Source: Psammoneis japonica
Lineage: Eukaryota
Reading direction: 5' to 3'
NCBI GenBank assembly: GCA_008632985.1
Contig: QPGO01000103.1
Span: 62,001 to 126,000 of the forward strand
Length of the DNA: 64,000 bases
Below are positions 26,055-37,689 of this stretch, in pieces. The notes under the pieces are model-generated. The model was given only the letters and a program-made list of their open reading frames with translations, was not told where the DNA came from and ran no database searches. The position numbers and the translations under genes were made by a program. The stretch's first letter is position 1. Each line of letters starts with the position of its first letter.

Positions 26055-27865
26055 AATCACACTTGGGTGATGATGCTGTGGCTTTGATGCAACAGAGAAG
26101 GAAAAAGAGGCATTTTGACAAGAAAATGGAGATGATGAATTGAAGGAAGAATGCAACAAACTGCAAGGTGAAATGGGCTAAAAATGCAAAAACAAATGCA
26201 ACAGTGCTCCATCTTGATTGACAAGGGACAAGGTTTTTCACTGCACACAGAGGCCACAAAGCAGCGCGGCACATGTTTGGATCTGCCCAGGATTTGCCAA
26301 TGTGGCGGTGAATCACACAGATTTTGCAGACTGTGGTGCTGAGTGGGCAGCAGATTGTGGAGCAAACTTGGCTCTCTTTGTGGCCACCAGAGCTTGTGGC
26401 ACCTTTGAAAGCTGCCTCAATGGGCTCTTGGCTGGCTCAAAAACTGTGTTTTCTTGCTTTTTAGAGTTCCAAAAGATCATGCAGCAATTGAGCATCTGCA
26501 CTTGCCAGCTGCAGCCAGGGCTCAGCTCTTTGGCATTTTATAGATTGTTGACACAGGCACAGAAACACTGTCATTTCAACACTTCAAGTGTGCGCAAAGT
26601 GAGTCTGGCTTTTTGGCCAAGCAATGATCTTTGCTCAAACAAATCTCTGGCAAATGTGCCACTGCAAAAATCAATGGACTTGCTTGGTGCAAGGGATGAG
26701 CTGTGGAGCATGCTGTTTGGTGACATCATCTGCACTGGTGCTGATGAAACAACAATGTTGTTGTTGTCAATGCCAAGTCACATTTTTTGACAGAGGCTCA
26801 CCACCACCAGCCAGTTTCACCCTGAACAAGGCTTTGCATCAATCAAAGTGTGATGTCCAACAGAGTGCTCCACCACCTTTTTGTTTGACTCTTTTGTTTG
26901 AGCCACAATGCACCCAAAGTGCACAGGATTTGTCAAAATTGAATGAGAGCATGCCCCACCACACTTCACACCCTTTCTTCACAGAATTTGGAAACCTTGG
27001 TTGACACACACACACACTGGTGGCTTGTGCACCTTTCTTTGGGTGTCGCCAGCTGGCTTTGTCCAAAGCATTGCCACACTGAAAAGCACATTGAGCTGGC
27101 ATTTCACCAACCTCATTTGCATTGTCATCATCATCTAAAAAGAAGAAAAAACTGTGAAGTCATCAAAACAGGGCAGTGAATCATGGATTTTTCAGTGCAG
27201 AGCTGACCCCTCCACAGCACTGTGCAGAAGTGACCCAGCACACTTTTGCACCAAGATGCTGGACCAGGCATTTTGCAAGAGAGTTTGGGGTTGTGAGCAC
27301 CCAAAAAAAATCTGGCAATGACATTTTTTTGGTTTTTGGGGCTGAATGATTTCTGCAACCCTGTTCTGAATGGAAACTTGAAATGTCTGCACCTTTCTGT
27401 CTTTCTCCCCATGACAGTGAAAACACACACACACATGCGCAGCAGGAGGATGCGCACACACAGCCTGCACAAAAGCAAGGAGCACAAAGGAAGATGGCCC
27501 TCCAGCATGTCGGCTCTTGCTCTGGGGTGGGAACCATGGACAAAAAGTGAGGAGTGTGTGGAGCTTGGGTCAGTGGGCCATGCTGCTGACATGCACAAGT
27601 GCAAATCTTTTTGCAGTCTGCCCCTCGACCATTTGCTGCCAACCATTTTTCTAAAATGTGGCCACTCTGTCAACCAGCAAAAACATTGTGCATGTTTGAA
27701 AGATGCCAGCATCAAATCCACTTCTTGGCTTTGCACAAAGCACACACTTCCTGGTCTGTTGGCCACAACACCCATCTCTTCATCATCTGTGTTAAAGGAA
27801 AACAAACTCCAAGCATGTCACAGATCACCACACTTGCCAGCAGGTTGGCCACAGCTGTGCTGGGC

Positions 27866-27901
27866 AACAACAACAACAACAACAATGATGATGATGATGA
27901 T
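27866..27901. repeat. Compound microsatellite (AAC)6 AAT (GAT)5
   Basis: Read directly from the sequence. Confidence 0.9.
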
Positions 27902-29094
27902 GCAATCACAATGACAGCAGCAACAGTGCTGTCCACAGAAAAAGATGACCATGCTTGGCAGCACTTGACAAAGGCACTGGGGTGCTCACAATGTGTCACT
28001 TGGAATGACCCACCCTTCAACAAACAGCACACAAAATGTGGGGACTTCCATCTGGGGTGATGCCAAAAACATTTGCTTTGGAGCTGTCTGTGTGAAGGCG
28101 GACTTTGCCCATCAATTTTTGCAGCTCCAGCAAGTGATTTGGCTTCAAGCCCCAATGATGACAGCAAAGCTGTCAATGAAGATCTGTCTTGTGATGATTG
28201 TAAAAATGACTTGGTCCTTTGTGGCAACGACAAAAGAAGATCAAGATTTGCTTCTTCTTGTCTGTGGTGGGGCCCCTTCTTTTTGTTTGCAGTTGTGCTT
28301 GAAACTGCAGTTTGTCTGTTTTAAATGGCACAGCTGATTGATGGTGTGGTGCCATGTCAGAACAAGTGCTTGCAGCCACACAAGTTTTGCACATCACCTT
28401 GTCACACCATGCATTTGTGCTCAAAATTAACAGCGGCCCTCCTGGCATTGCAGCAGTGCAGCCATGCTGTGCAAACTCAAACATGCTGCTGTTGTGCGCC
28501 ATCTTCATTTCAAGAGTTGGTCATGACAATCATGTGTGTTGGTTGTTTGGCTTCAATGCATGATGAAACAATGCTGAGTGTGGCATGGCAGGCCCTCAGC
28601 ACATTGTGCAAAATTGAGCATGTGCTCAATTTGAGTGGGTGTGCTGGCGAACATTTCAGAAATGTTGTCATCTTTTTGATGGACAGCAGGAGCCAAGAAG
28701 TGCACCACGTTGGCTGGCTTTGCTCTGGCCAACAAAGCCTCTGCAGCACCACACCATTTCTGCTCACTTTGCCCTCCTGCAAGAAAGCCTCAGACAAAAC
28801 AGCTAATGGCTGGTGTGAGCTGCTCTTTTGTCACAGCAAGCCAGCACAAGAAAATCTGTCAAGGTGCAAAACACTCACTCCTTGTCTGACGTGATGCTTT
28901 CTTTGCTGCCAAGCAGGCACAGGCCCATTGTGCAGTGCACAAAATGGGGATTTTCTGTCAGCAGAATGCGCAGCACATTGCGCAGAGTGCGCACTGCGTA
29001 GAATGCATGTGGTGCAGTGCCAGGTTCAGTGCAACCATGCTTTGTTGCCGGCAACATGGCAATGACACCATTTGTTGCTTTTTGACTGCATTTT

Positions 29095-29400
29095 GCTGCG
29101 CCACATTGCCAGTGCATCACATTGCCACTGCACCACATTGGCCACATTGCTGCTGCACTGCATTGCCACTGAATCACACCCCTTTTGCCAACAAGAAAAA
29201 AGACACAACAAAATTGCATTGTGCAAGTGCACTCAAGCTGAGAAGAGCTCTCTCGACTCTGGGCTTCTCTTGCAGCACCGCCAACAGCCTTGATTGACAT
29301 CATGTCCTTTGTGCAAACAAGAAAAAAGATGCAACAAAATGGCATCATGCAACATGTTGTGCTGGGCTGTCTCAACAACATGTGCTTGAGCTGAGAAAAA
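29095..29400. repeat. Degenerate short tandem array (cacattgcc-like units) followed by two diverged copies of a 50-80 bp segment
   Basis: cacattg recurs at 29101-29170; aacaagaaaaaaga..caacaaaat.gcat..tgcaa...agctgagaa occurs at 29190 and 29316. Confidence 0.75.
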
Positions 29401-30445
29401 AATTGCTCGCTTGACTGGAGCACTGGAAAGTTGCGCAAGGACCACCAGCTGGAGCTCAGCTTCAGATGTGGATGAACGCATCTCATGTGGTGAACACACC
29501 GCCATTCCCAAACCCTCATTGCAACCTCTGCATCATCTTCTTTCCAAGCCAGTTGGTCCATGTGTTCTTCAAAGTGGCTTGGATTGTGCTCCTCTCCAGC
29601 TTCTTCCTGCTTTTCAGCCTGGGAGGCTCGCTGTGGCACACCTCTTTTGGGAGACCAAAAGCAAGTTCTTCAAAGCAGCTGCAGCGGTGCTCTGTGCCAG
29701 AGTTGCCACAAATGGCAAGAACTGTGTGGGTGCAAGCACACTCTCTCTGTTTGCAACTTGTCCAAGATGGGGTGCAGCAAACACTTGGGCAACTTTCGTC
29801 GTGACAGCCAGCCAGGCAGATCTGCTTGCTGGCACTCAGGAATGGGGCCCTGCTCCACCTGCACTGTCGGGCGGTCACCCCTCAGTCTCTGTCTGTCTTG
29901 TCTCCGTTTGTCTTGCAGTGCTGTGCCATGCCGGCCATTGTTTTTGTCCGAATCATCTTGGACTTGAGATTTGTCTCCACGACATACAACATGTCCTTCT
30001 GTTATAAGTAAGATATGTCTGAAAGTCATTTGATTCTCGCAGAAGAAGTCTCTCGTGAACAAAGATTTGTCTAGGAAGGACAAAATGCCGCGTGCTCAGG
30101 CGTGCTGATTTTTTGCAGTTTTGACCGAAACAGGGAGGCTTGAACGATTGCCGGCCATTCTTGACGACCGAGGCAGAGATTGCCTCAAGCTCGACGTCTG
30201 TTGTCGACTTGAAGAGGTAAAGCAACGGCTACGAGAGCGAGTTGAATCATTTCTATCTCAGATTGACCGAGCAAGAGGGTCAGTTTGGTTCCGCTCGTGA
30301 TCTCTGTTCTGCCATAAAAAACGAGAACTCCTCTCTGCTCACGATCAACAATCGCAAATCAATTATCATAAAACCGAGCTAATTGACCACATGACCAAGA
30401 GAATTCCTTTCTACAACGAAATACTGACGATACGACCACGTGACG

Positions 30446-33012
30446 ATGCTTTTGACCTTTACGTTGCTGTCACTATTGCACTTTACAAGCTTTGTCACCG
30501 GCGAAGATCCGTGGCGCTTCATAGTTCTTGCGGATTGGCATAATGCTGAGCCGTTTGTGCAACACCCCATTCTCGACGTGAACGATCCTCCGCCTCAATC
30601 TGGAGGTAGTAAAAAGATCCGTACTTTGAAGCACATTAAAGAAAAATATGGAGGCGAGTTGGTACTATTGCCAGGGGATGCCGAAAGCGGAAAGTGGTAT
30701 CGACCAGAGTTACTCGAGGAACTCAACGTGAGCACACAGGAAGCAGTGGTTCGCGAAGCGGGGAGGCGCTGCTACAGTAGTATGAAGCTGGTGTTTAAGG
30801 AAGCGGGGTATTCCAAGTTGCTGATGGCAGTCGGCGATCATGAATTGGGAGGGTACGTTGAAACGAACGTGACTAGTCTCTCTTTTTCGTCCAGTTCGCA
30901 TAACCTCGACTTGTGTTTGTACCACAGAAATATTTGGTTCTCGGGGCTTCCCAAAACTGCTTTGGTCCCAAACTTTCGACAAATCTTTATTCAGCAATTC
31001 AACCGAGATGATCAAGGAGAATTCCTTTACAGAGATCCCATTGGAAGTAAGTGCAAAGGGAATCGACTCATTCATTTTGAGATGATCTCATGGTCTGACT
31101 GTTGCACACTGTCGCTATGCTTGACTTTAGATGCCCACTCTCGCCCCTTTGGAACTATCTTTCAAAGAACATCCTATGCCCACAGGCACAAGAATGTTCT
31201 CTTCGTCACGGTTGACGCTTTTACGTCTCTGCCCTACGATTATCATGACCTTGAGAGAGGTATGGGTGGCGAAGGTACCATCACCTGTATTGTCACCGGC
31301 GAGCATCTGAGGTGGTTCAAGAGGTAAGATCATCTACTACGCTTTTCTTTTCAGAAGTGGTTTGTGATTTAATTCAATCTCTCACCTTCTGGACTTGCGC
31401 GTTATCAGAGTGTTGTCGGAGGCTAGAATGGATCCTGGCATCAAACACATTATGGTGCAAACGCACTTACCAATTATGCAGCCGGTTCGTAAAATCGGAT
31501 GTACTGGTCAATATATGGACGGCGCAGAAAACTCAGACTTCTTCAAGGCTATGCGAGAGTACAATGTGGATGTCTATTGGGCTGGAGAAGTAAGTGAAAA
31601 ACAAGACAATGATGGGAAATTTGTTGAAGTGGTATCTCACCGATGCCTTTTTCGTTCAGGTACATGCCAACACTGCCACGAAAGACGACAATTCGAACGT
31701 TCTTCAGGTTGTGTCTAGGTGAGAAAAAATTGTCTACACTTGACCTTATTGTTGTGATATGAAACCAGCGTTTTCAACTCTTGCATGTTTTGATTTGTCT
31801 GTTGCGCAGAGGAAACGGTGCTGAGAACTTTATATCAGTGGAAATATCCGACGAGATTATCAATGTCACTCAGTACAACGAAGTCGGGAGGAAACCATCG
31901 CATAACAGGAACTATGAATTCTACGGCCAGGTCATTGTTGATAAATCTGGCGAGACGACGAGAATTGAGTCAACTGGGTCTCTGAAACTCTTGAATCGAA
32001 AACGTGCCATGTTGTATTTCCCACTTGAAAACACCGTGAAACTGTCCGAGAATCCAGTCCTTGGTCTGCATCATGACGATTCGGACACTACTCTGGTGCA
32101 ACGCAAGGTTACCATTCTCGGGACTGAATGTAGGGATTCTTTCCCCAACATGGGCGCTTATGGACGTAAGTTTTCATCTTGCCTTTCATTCTTCTACATT
32201 TGTTTTCACTCACCTAGCGTCCTTGTGATTATGTAACAGAACCATACGATGCTCAGACTGGACAAGTTGTTCTTCGAAAAGGAGTCATTGGTAAAGCGGC
32301 CGAATTCAATTTAAATAGTCGGATTGCCATCGAAGCGTACGTGCTCTTTCGTGTAGTGCTTGTAATGATGTTACGTTGTACGTATCGAATTCCCGTGGAC
32401 TGTATTTCTGACGATTGGCATTCTCCATGCGCATTGGATAGATTCGGTCCTCATAGCGGTGGTGTGCAAGTTGCGTACGCTCTCTGGTTCAAGACGCAGC
32501 ATGCACATCGGAACCAGGTTCTTATTCATTACGGCAGTCATCATAGAGTAAAAGAAGGCCGATACAGGAACTCTGTGTTTTCGCTGACACTTGATCGTGG
32601 CGGCGTTCTTGCGCTTCGTGCCAACAAGAATATGACTTTGATCGGGATTCCCGCCGATGAAGGTTTGAATCTGGCAGACAACGAATGGCATCACGCGGCG
32701 ATAGCAATGCCGAGAAATAGCTGCCGTCTTTCTGAGGTAAGGATGTACGTTGACGGAAAAGAGGTCGCGACCCGGGTTGATGGAGTCGACAACTATTTGT
32801 TTCTTGATCTGGCGGGGTGTATAAGCGTTGGTGGGTTCGGCTATAGCAGACGTGAAGTTTACGAGAAGCTACTTAAAAGGCATGAATCCTACGTTGGCCT
32901 CATTGATGAGGTATATGTTTGGGCGGGTACTAGTTTGTCGCCCGAGCAGGTTGCGGCACTTGCAGAGAAGCCATCTCCTGCTTCCCGATTCATGCGGGGG
33001 CTAAGATATTAA
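30446..33012 (+). CDS. Secreted metallophosphoesterase fused to a C-terminal LamG/ConA-like domain, multi-exon
   Basis: Signal peptide; FIVLADWH, LLPGD, VGDHELG, QTHLP, AGE|VH; C-terminal ADNEWHHAAI..RMYVDG..GLIDEVYVW; several GT-AG introns. Confidence 0.82.
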
Positions 33013-35399
33013 GCTGAACCAGCATGGCATACCTCGGCGTGGCAGTTGAAGCGATCGCCATGTTTGTGCGGTAAAGAAGTACCATAGTTACGTCACCCCA
33101 AGGAACGAGTGCGATAGTAAGTGTTCAAGTAGTTTTACATGTTTCTAAATAGATGTTCTTTTGTAATTTCTCTCGAACGATCGAACTCAGCTCCTTTCAC
33201 TATCATGCTTCGTAAACCACAACGAGACGCTATGCTGATAGTGAACGAAGCATCATTCAACATTCCCATGCTGTGCTTTTTCCCTCTTATATTTTGCTGC
33301 TTCGCCGGTAGAAATAGAAAACACCTTCTCATACCTGTAACCCATTGGGTTTGCGATGTGAAAAGCGATGCAAAGAGCTGGTTGCACCACTGGTGGAGCC
33401 ATTTCATTTTTGTTGGTCCCTCTGCTTTGAACACCTTGTGGCTCATCTTTCTGCCAAAACAACACAATGACAACAGAGAGCAGCAGGTGTTTTTCCCACC
33501 ATCTCCCACTGTTCTTTTTCAGAGATGGTCCATTGTTGCTCCATATCATCAACTCATGCACTCATTTGGTCTGAGAGACCTGCAAAGCTTTCCAGATGTG
33601 GTGGGCCACACTGGTGCCATGGCTTGAGCGACAGAAAATTTCAGCTGCAGCCAACCAGCCTTGCACGTTGTTGACAAATCATGTCAAGAAGTCATCATGC
33701 ACAAAAAAGATGAGTTTCCTTGTTTTGCATTTGTGCGCTGTGGATGCAGCTCAGCTGATTGTGGAACAATTTGAAAACAAGAGCTCAGGTGTGTCATGCT
33801 TTCTGTTGAAAAGTGTCCCAAAACTTTCCGCCAAGAGCTGGGGTGAGTCTTTTGCAGGGTTTGTGCTCCTCTGCACAAACCAATCAAGTGCCAAGCATTT
33901 TTTTTGAAACACTGCACAAGGGCAAGTTTGATGAGACAATGACTGCTCCCTTGCCACTCTTGACAACTGCAGCGCTGATGGCAAGGCCCACAGATGACAG
34001 CAGCTGCAAATCAAAGAGCAATGGAGAGCAAAGAATCAATGTGCCAAGCACTCTTTCTCTGGGGCTGTTCCCAAGAAAAACTCTTCCAAGCTGTCAGACA
34101 GAAGGTGACAAGTCAATGCTGACAGATGATGCCAACTCAAGCCAGAAGGAATGCAAAAACAGCCACAAGTTTGGTCAGCAACAATGACAGTGATGGTGAG
34201 TGCAACAGCAATGCACCTGCAGAAGTGGCCCACACATCAAAAAAAAAAGATGGGCAGCCAGCATTTTCTGTGACAGCATTTGTCATTCAGCGAGGGTGCA
34301 CAAAATGCCCAGGTGTGGTGTGTGTTTTTCATTTTGGAAAAAAGGTCACTGAGCTGTGACAAATTTGTGTGAAAACTTGGACATGTTTGTGCCATGTCTG
34401 CATTGTCATGAGAGCATTGATTGTTGAGCCAAACAGCAGCAAATCAGTCCAAATGGCTGAGGCATTGTCCTGTCAATGCACAATGGTGTGTGTGACACCA
34501 GGGATTGTCAGGGAATCTTTTTCTGGGTTTTGTCATGCACTGCGCACATGAAAGATGTGCCACAACTCTCTGCAGAACAACAGCCATACATGAGCACATT
34601 GCCAAAGAACAACAGAGCTGTCCACAAGAGTGACACAGTTTTTGTTGTTTGTTGTCATGCTGCAGCAACATCAGCTGGGTGTGGGGGCACAGTGCACAGG
34701 AGGCAGAAGTTCATCATCAAGTTCTTGTCAAAGCTGTGTGACTGCCAGTGTGGTGGCAAAAACTTGCCAGAAGCAAAATTTGTGAAAGCCATGGCAGATG
34801 CCAAGAAAGAGGGAGATGGCAGAGATGGCAGTGCAAAACATGATGAACTTGATGACTGTGACAATGCCTGCCATGCAGAGGCTGGGCAGAAAGAGAGTTT
34901 GACACAGGTCTTTTTGGATGAGATGGTGACAGCTTGCTGCTCCACCAAGGAGCCATGCTGCCATCTGGCAGTGACAGCACACCAAGGGAGTCTGACAACT
35001 GTGACTGGACACAGCCAGAAGAGCCAGAGTTTGGCAATGTTGACAACCCTTGTTGGCATGGCTTGCACATCCACACCAAGCAGCCAGAGCTTGAGAGCTC
35101 TGGCTCAAAGCACTGAAAATGGTGCCACTCTCTGTCAACAGGCATGGCTCCTGTGCCAGTTGACACAAGTGGTGAACAGGCAACCAACAACTGACATTTC
35201 TGCTGAGCAGGTTGGGAAGTTGGAGAACAAAACAAGGAAGAGATGGGGACCCTCCCAGGCAGGCACAAAGGGGCAGTGCTGGCAGCAGAAATGAAAAAAA
35301 GCACCCTGGCAGTGGAGGCAGCAGCTTGTTGCTGGAAAAGCTGACCTGGTTCTTTTAACATCAATGTGCCAAAAAAGCCAGGGATGACAAATGAGTGCA

Positions 35400-35880
35400 T
35401 CCAAAACAAGGGTGCTCTGTTTTTCTTTCTGCTGCTTTTGCCCATTTGCTCAGTGGAGGAATTGGGTGTGGAAAGGACCCAAGGAAGATGCTTTGCATCA
35501 AAGCTGTGAAATTTTCCAGTGTGCATGCTGAGAGAGATTTGGATCTTGGCAACATGCACCAGCACAATTTCAAGTCAGCAGCTGCTGAAGATGATGGAGT
35601 TCAAGATCAAAGCAACAGAGCAATCTGCTGCTAATGGATGGGAGGGACAGACTGCAACAAAGATGCAATTGATGCCATGACTCACACCCAAATCAAGCAA
35701 GTTCACAAATTGTGTCCCAATGATGCAGCACCCCAATGCGGCAAGCCTGGCCACCATTCTGCCCACAAGTGTGACATGATTTGTGGTGCCCTGGCGCACA
35801 ATGTCAATGTTTTGTTGTTGAGTGCACTGAGGTGGATTTGTGCAGTGACAAAATGTTGAGCAGGCAAAAGTCAATGTTGC
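35400..35880 (+). mobile_element. Decayed piggyBac-like transposase fragment
   Basis: AMTHTQIKQVHKLCPND..GHHSAHKCDMICGALAHNVN..VDLCSDK resembles in spacing the piggyBac segment M-x3-F-x2-I..N-D..K..(ls)iDE; recognised from memory, not by search. Confidence 0.45.
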
Positions 35881-37689
35881 CAAAAGCAAATCCCGCTGGG
35901 CTTCCTGCAATGATCAGAGCCCTTGCCTTGGCAATCTGCAATGGCAGTGGGTCGCCGAAGGTGTCAATGCAAACTTTGGACACTCGCACAATGACAGGCA
36001 CCTGCTGATGCCAAATGACAAATTCCAAATGACTCACTCTAAAGAATCAGATAAAAAACAAAGGCCAGGGGTGGATGATGGTGGAGCTCTTCTCACAGAG
36101 AGTTGCTCAGCAAACCACATCAGGAGTCAAAACATCTTTCTTTCAACACATCTGGGAACCTTGTGATGTCCCAGATCTGGGTGCTCCAACACAATCCTGC
36201 TGCTTGCATTGATGTTTTAAAATTTGGTCCAACGGTGCTGAGAATGGACCTTCTGCAACAGCAACCAGATTGTCGTCATCAGCCACTTTTGTTGCTTCAG
36301 CACTGACATCTGACAAGTCAGAATGTTGCAGGTTGGCAGCGCACTGTCCCCTGCATTGACAAAGAAGTCAACCATGTTGTCAAATGAGTTTGCAATGCCT
36401 TGCAGGCTCTCCAGAAAATGCCCTGCACAGGCACAACAAAAACTGTCATTGAGGATTCAACTCTGTGGAGCACCACCAACCATTGGTTTTCTTGAGGAGA
36501 GTCAACTCAAAAAACTCCATCAAGTGACAAATCCATTCCAATGTGGCCTTGGCTTGGTTGATGTCATGGCGGAAGAACAATGCTGGCTTCTTCACATCAC
36601 AGATGATGCCATCTGCATCCTGCATGGGTCCACAACAACCCATTTTGTCTTCAGGATGATTGGTGTTGAGCTTGCAAGGGGAGCGCAAACCCCGAATTTG
36701 TCTGTGCTGTCACATGCAGGACAACTGGCCATTGGTGTGTTGCTCAGCTGTGCAATGTCGTGCTTGTCCAGGGCTGGTTGCTGCTTGCATTTGCCATCCC
36801 TCCTGGACTCCGCAATGCACTCACCCTTGATGTGCTCATCACCCTCATCAAGTCACATGCTCAAAGTCACAACAGCAACATGCATTGCTTTGCTTGTGGC
36901 TTGGCTTCCAACAATCTGCCAACATTCCTTGGTCTTGAGTGCACGCCAAGAAACCACATGATTCAAACTCAATGGATGTGCTCCAGTTGTCATGTGCAGA
37001 AAACATTGGCACAGCAGTGAATGCACACTTGCAAATTTCTGTGCTCCACATCTCTGCACTTTCATGTGTGCTTGCCATCATGCTGTGCCTCCTCATCTGT
37101 GGGGCACTCCACTTCATTTGAAGGGATGGGATCTCACTGCAAGCAGACATGCGACCGTCCCTCTCTTCCTTTGCATCAACAACCAACTGACACAAATCAA
37201 AAACATCATGTCAGACACAGGGGTCATTGCTCAACTGACTCTTTCCACTTTTGAGCCATTGATCCACCTCAGTGCTTGCCACTTGGAATTCCTCATTTCT
37301 GAGTTCCTTCCATTGTTGTGACATTTGTTTGCAGGCTGCTCTCCACTCTCATTGCACATGGCTCCTGCTGCAAACAGCCTCTCTCACATGTCTCCCACAG
37401 GTCTCTAAACTCACACCAGCAATTCCATGACCACCATTGAGTGATCTTGTCAAGGGGTGCATTGAACTCATTGCTGGGTTCATCTGCACATTCTGTCTCC
37501 TCATTCATGGTTGATGGATGTTTCTGGAAGAACAAAACACTGACAACACAAATTGTGGTTGGCTGAATCTTGAAGTTCTGGACAACCACATGCTGCATCA
37601 GAATTCTTGCACAATGCTGTCACAAACATGAAACATTCCTGTGTCACAATTGCAATTGACAGCTCTCAACAGCCTGTTTGAACTTTCAA

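Larger units (their letters stand above)
23470..29985. other. TpA- and CpG-depleted degenerate island 2 (decayed repeats / pseudogenised ORFs)
   Basis: Roughly two dozen TA by eye in ~6.5 kb; ORFs nearly Tyr-free and rich in Cys/His; no intact protein recognisable. Confidence 0.85.

Noticed and set aside
29095..29175. CRISPR-like array
   Set aside because: Units are short and degenerate with no unique spacers, the context is eukaryotic, and no cas genes are present.
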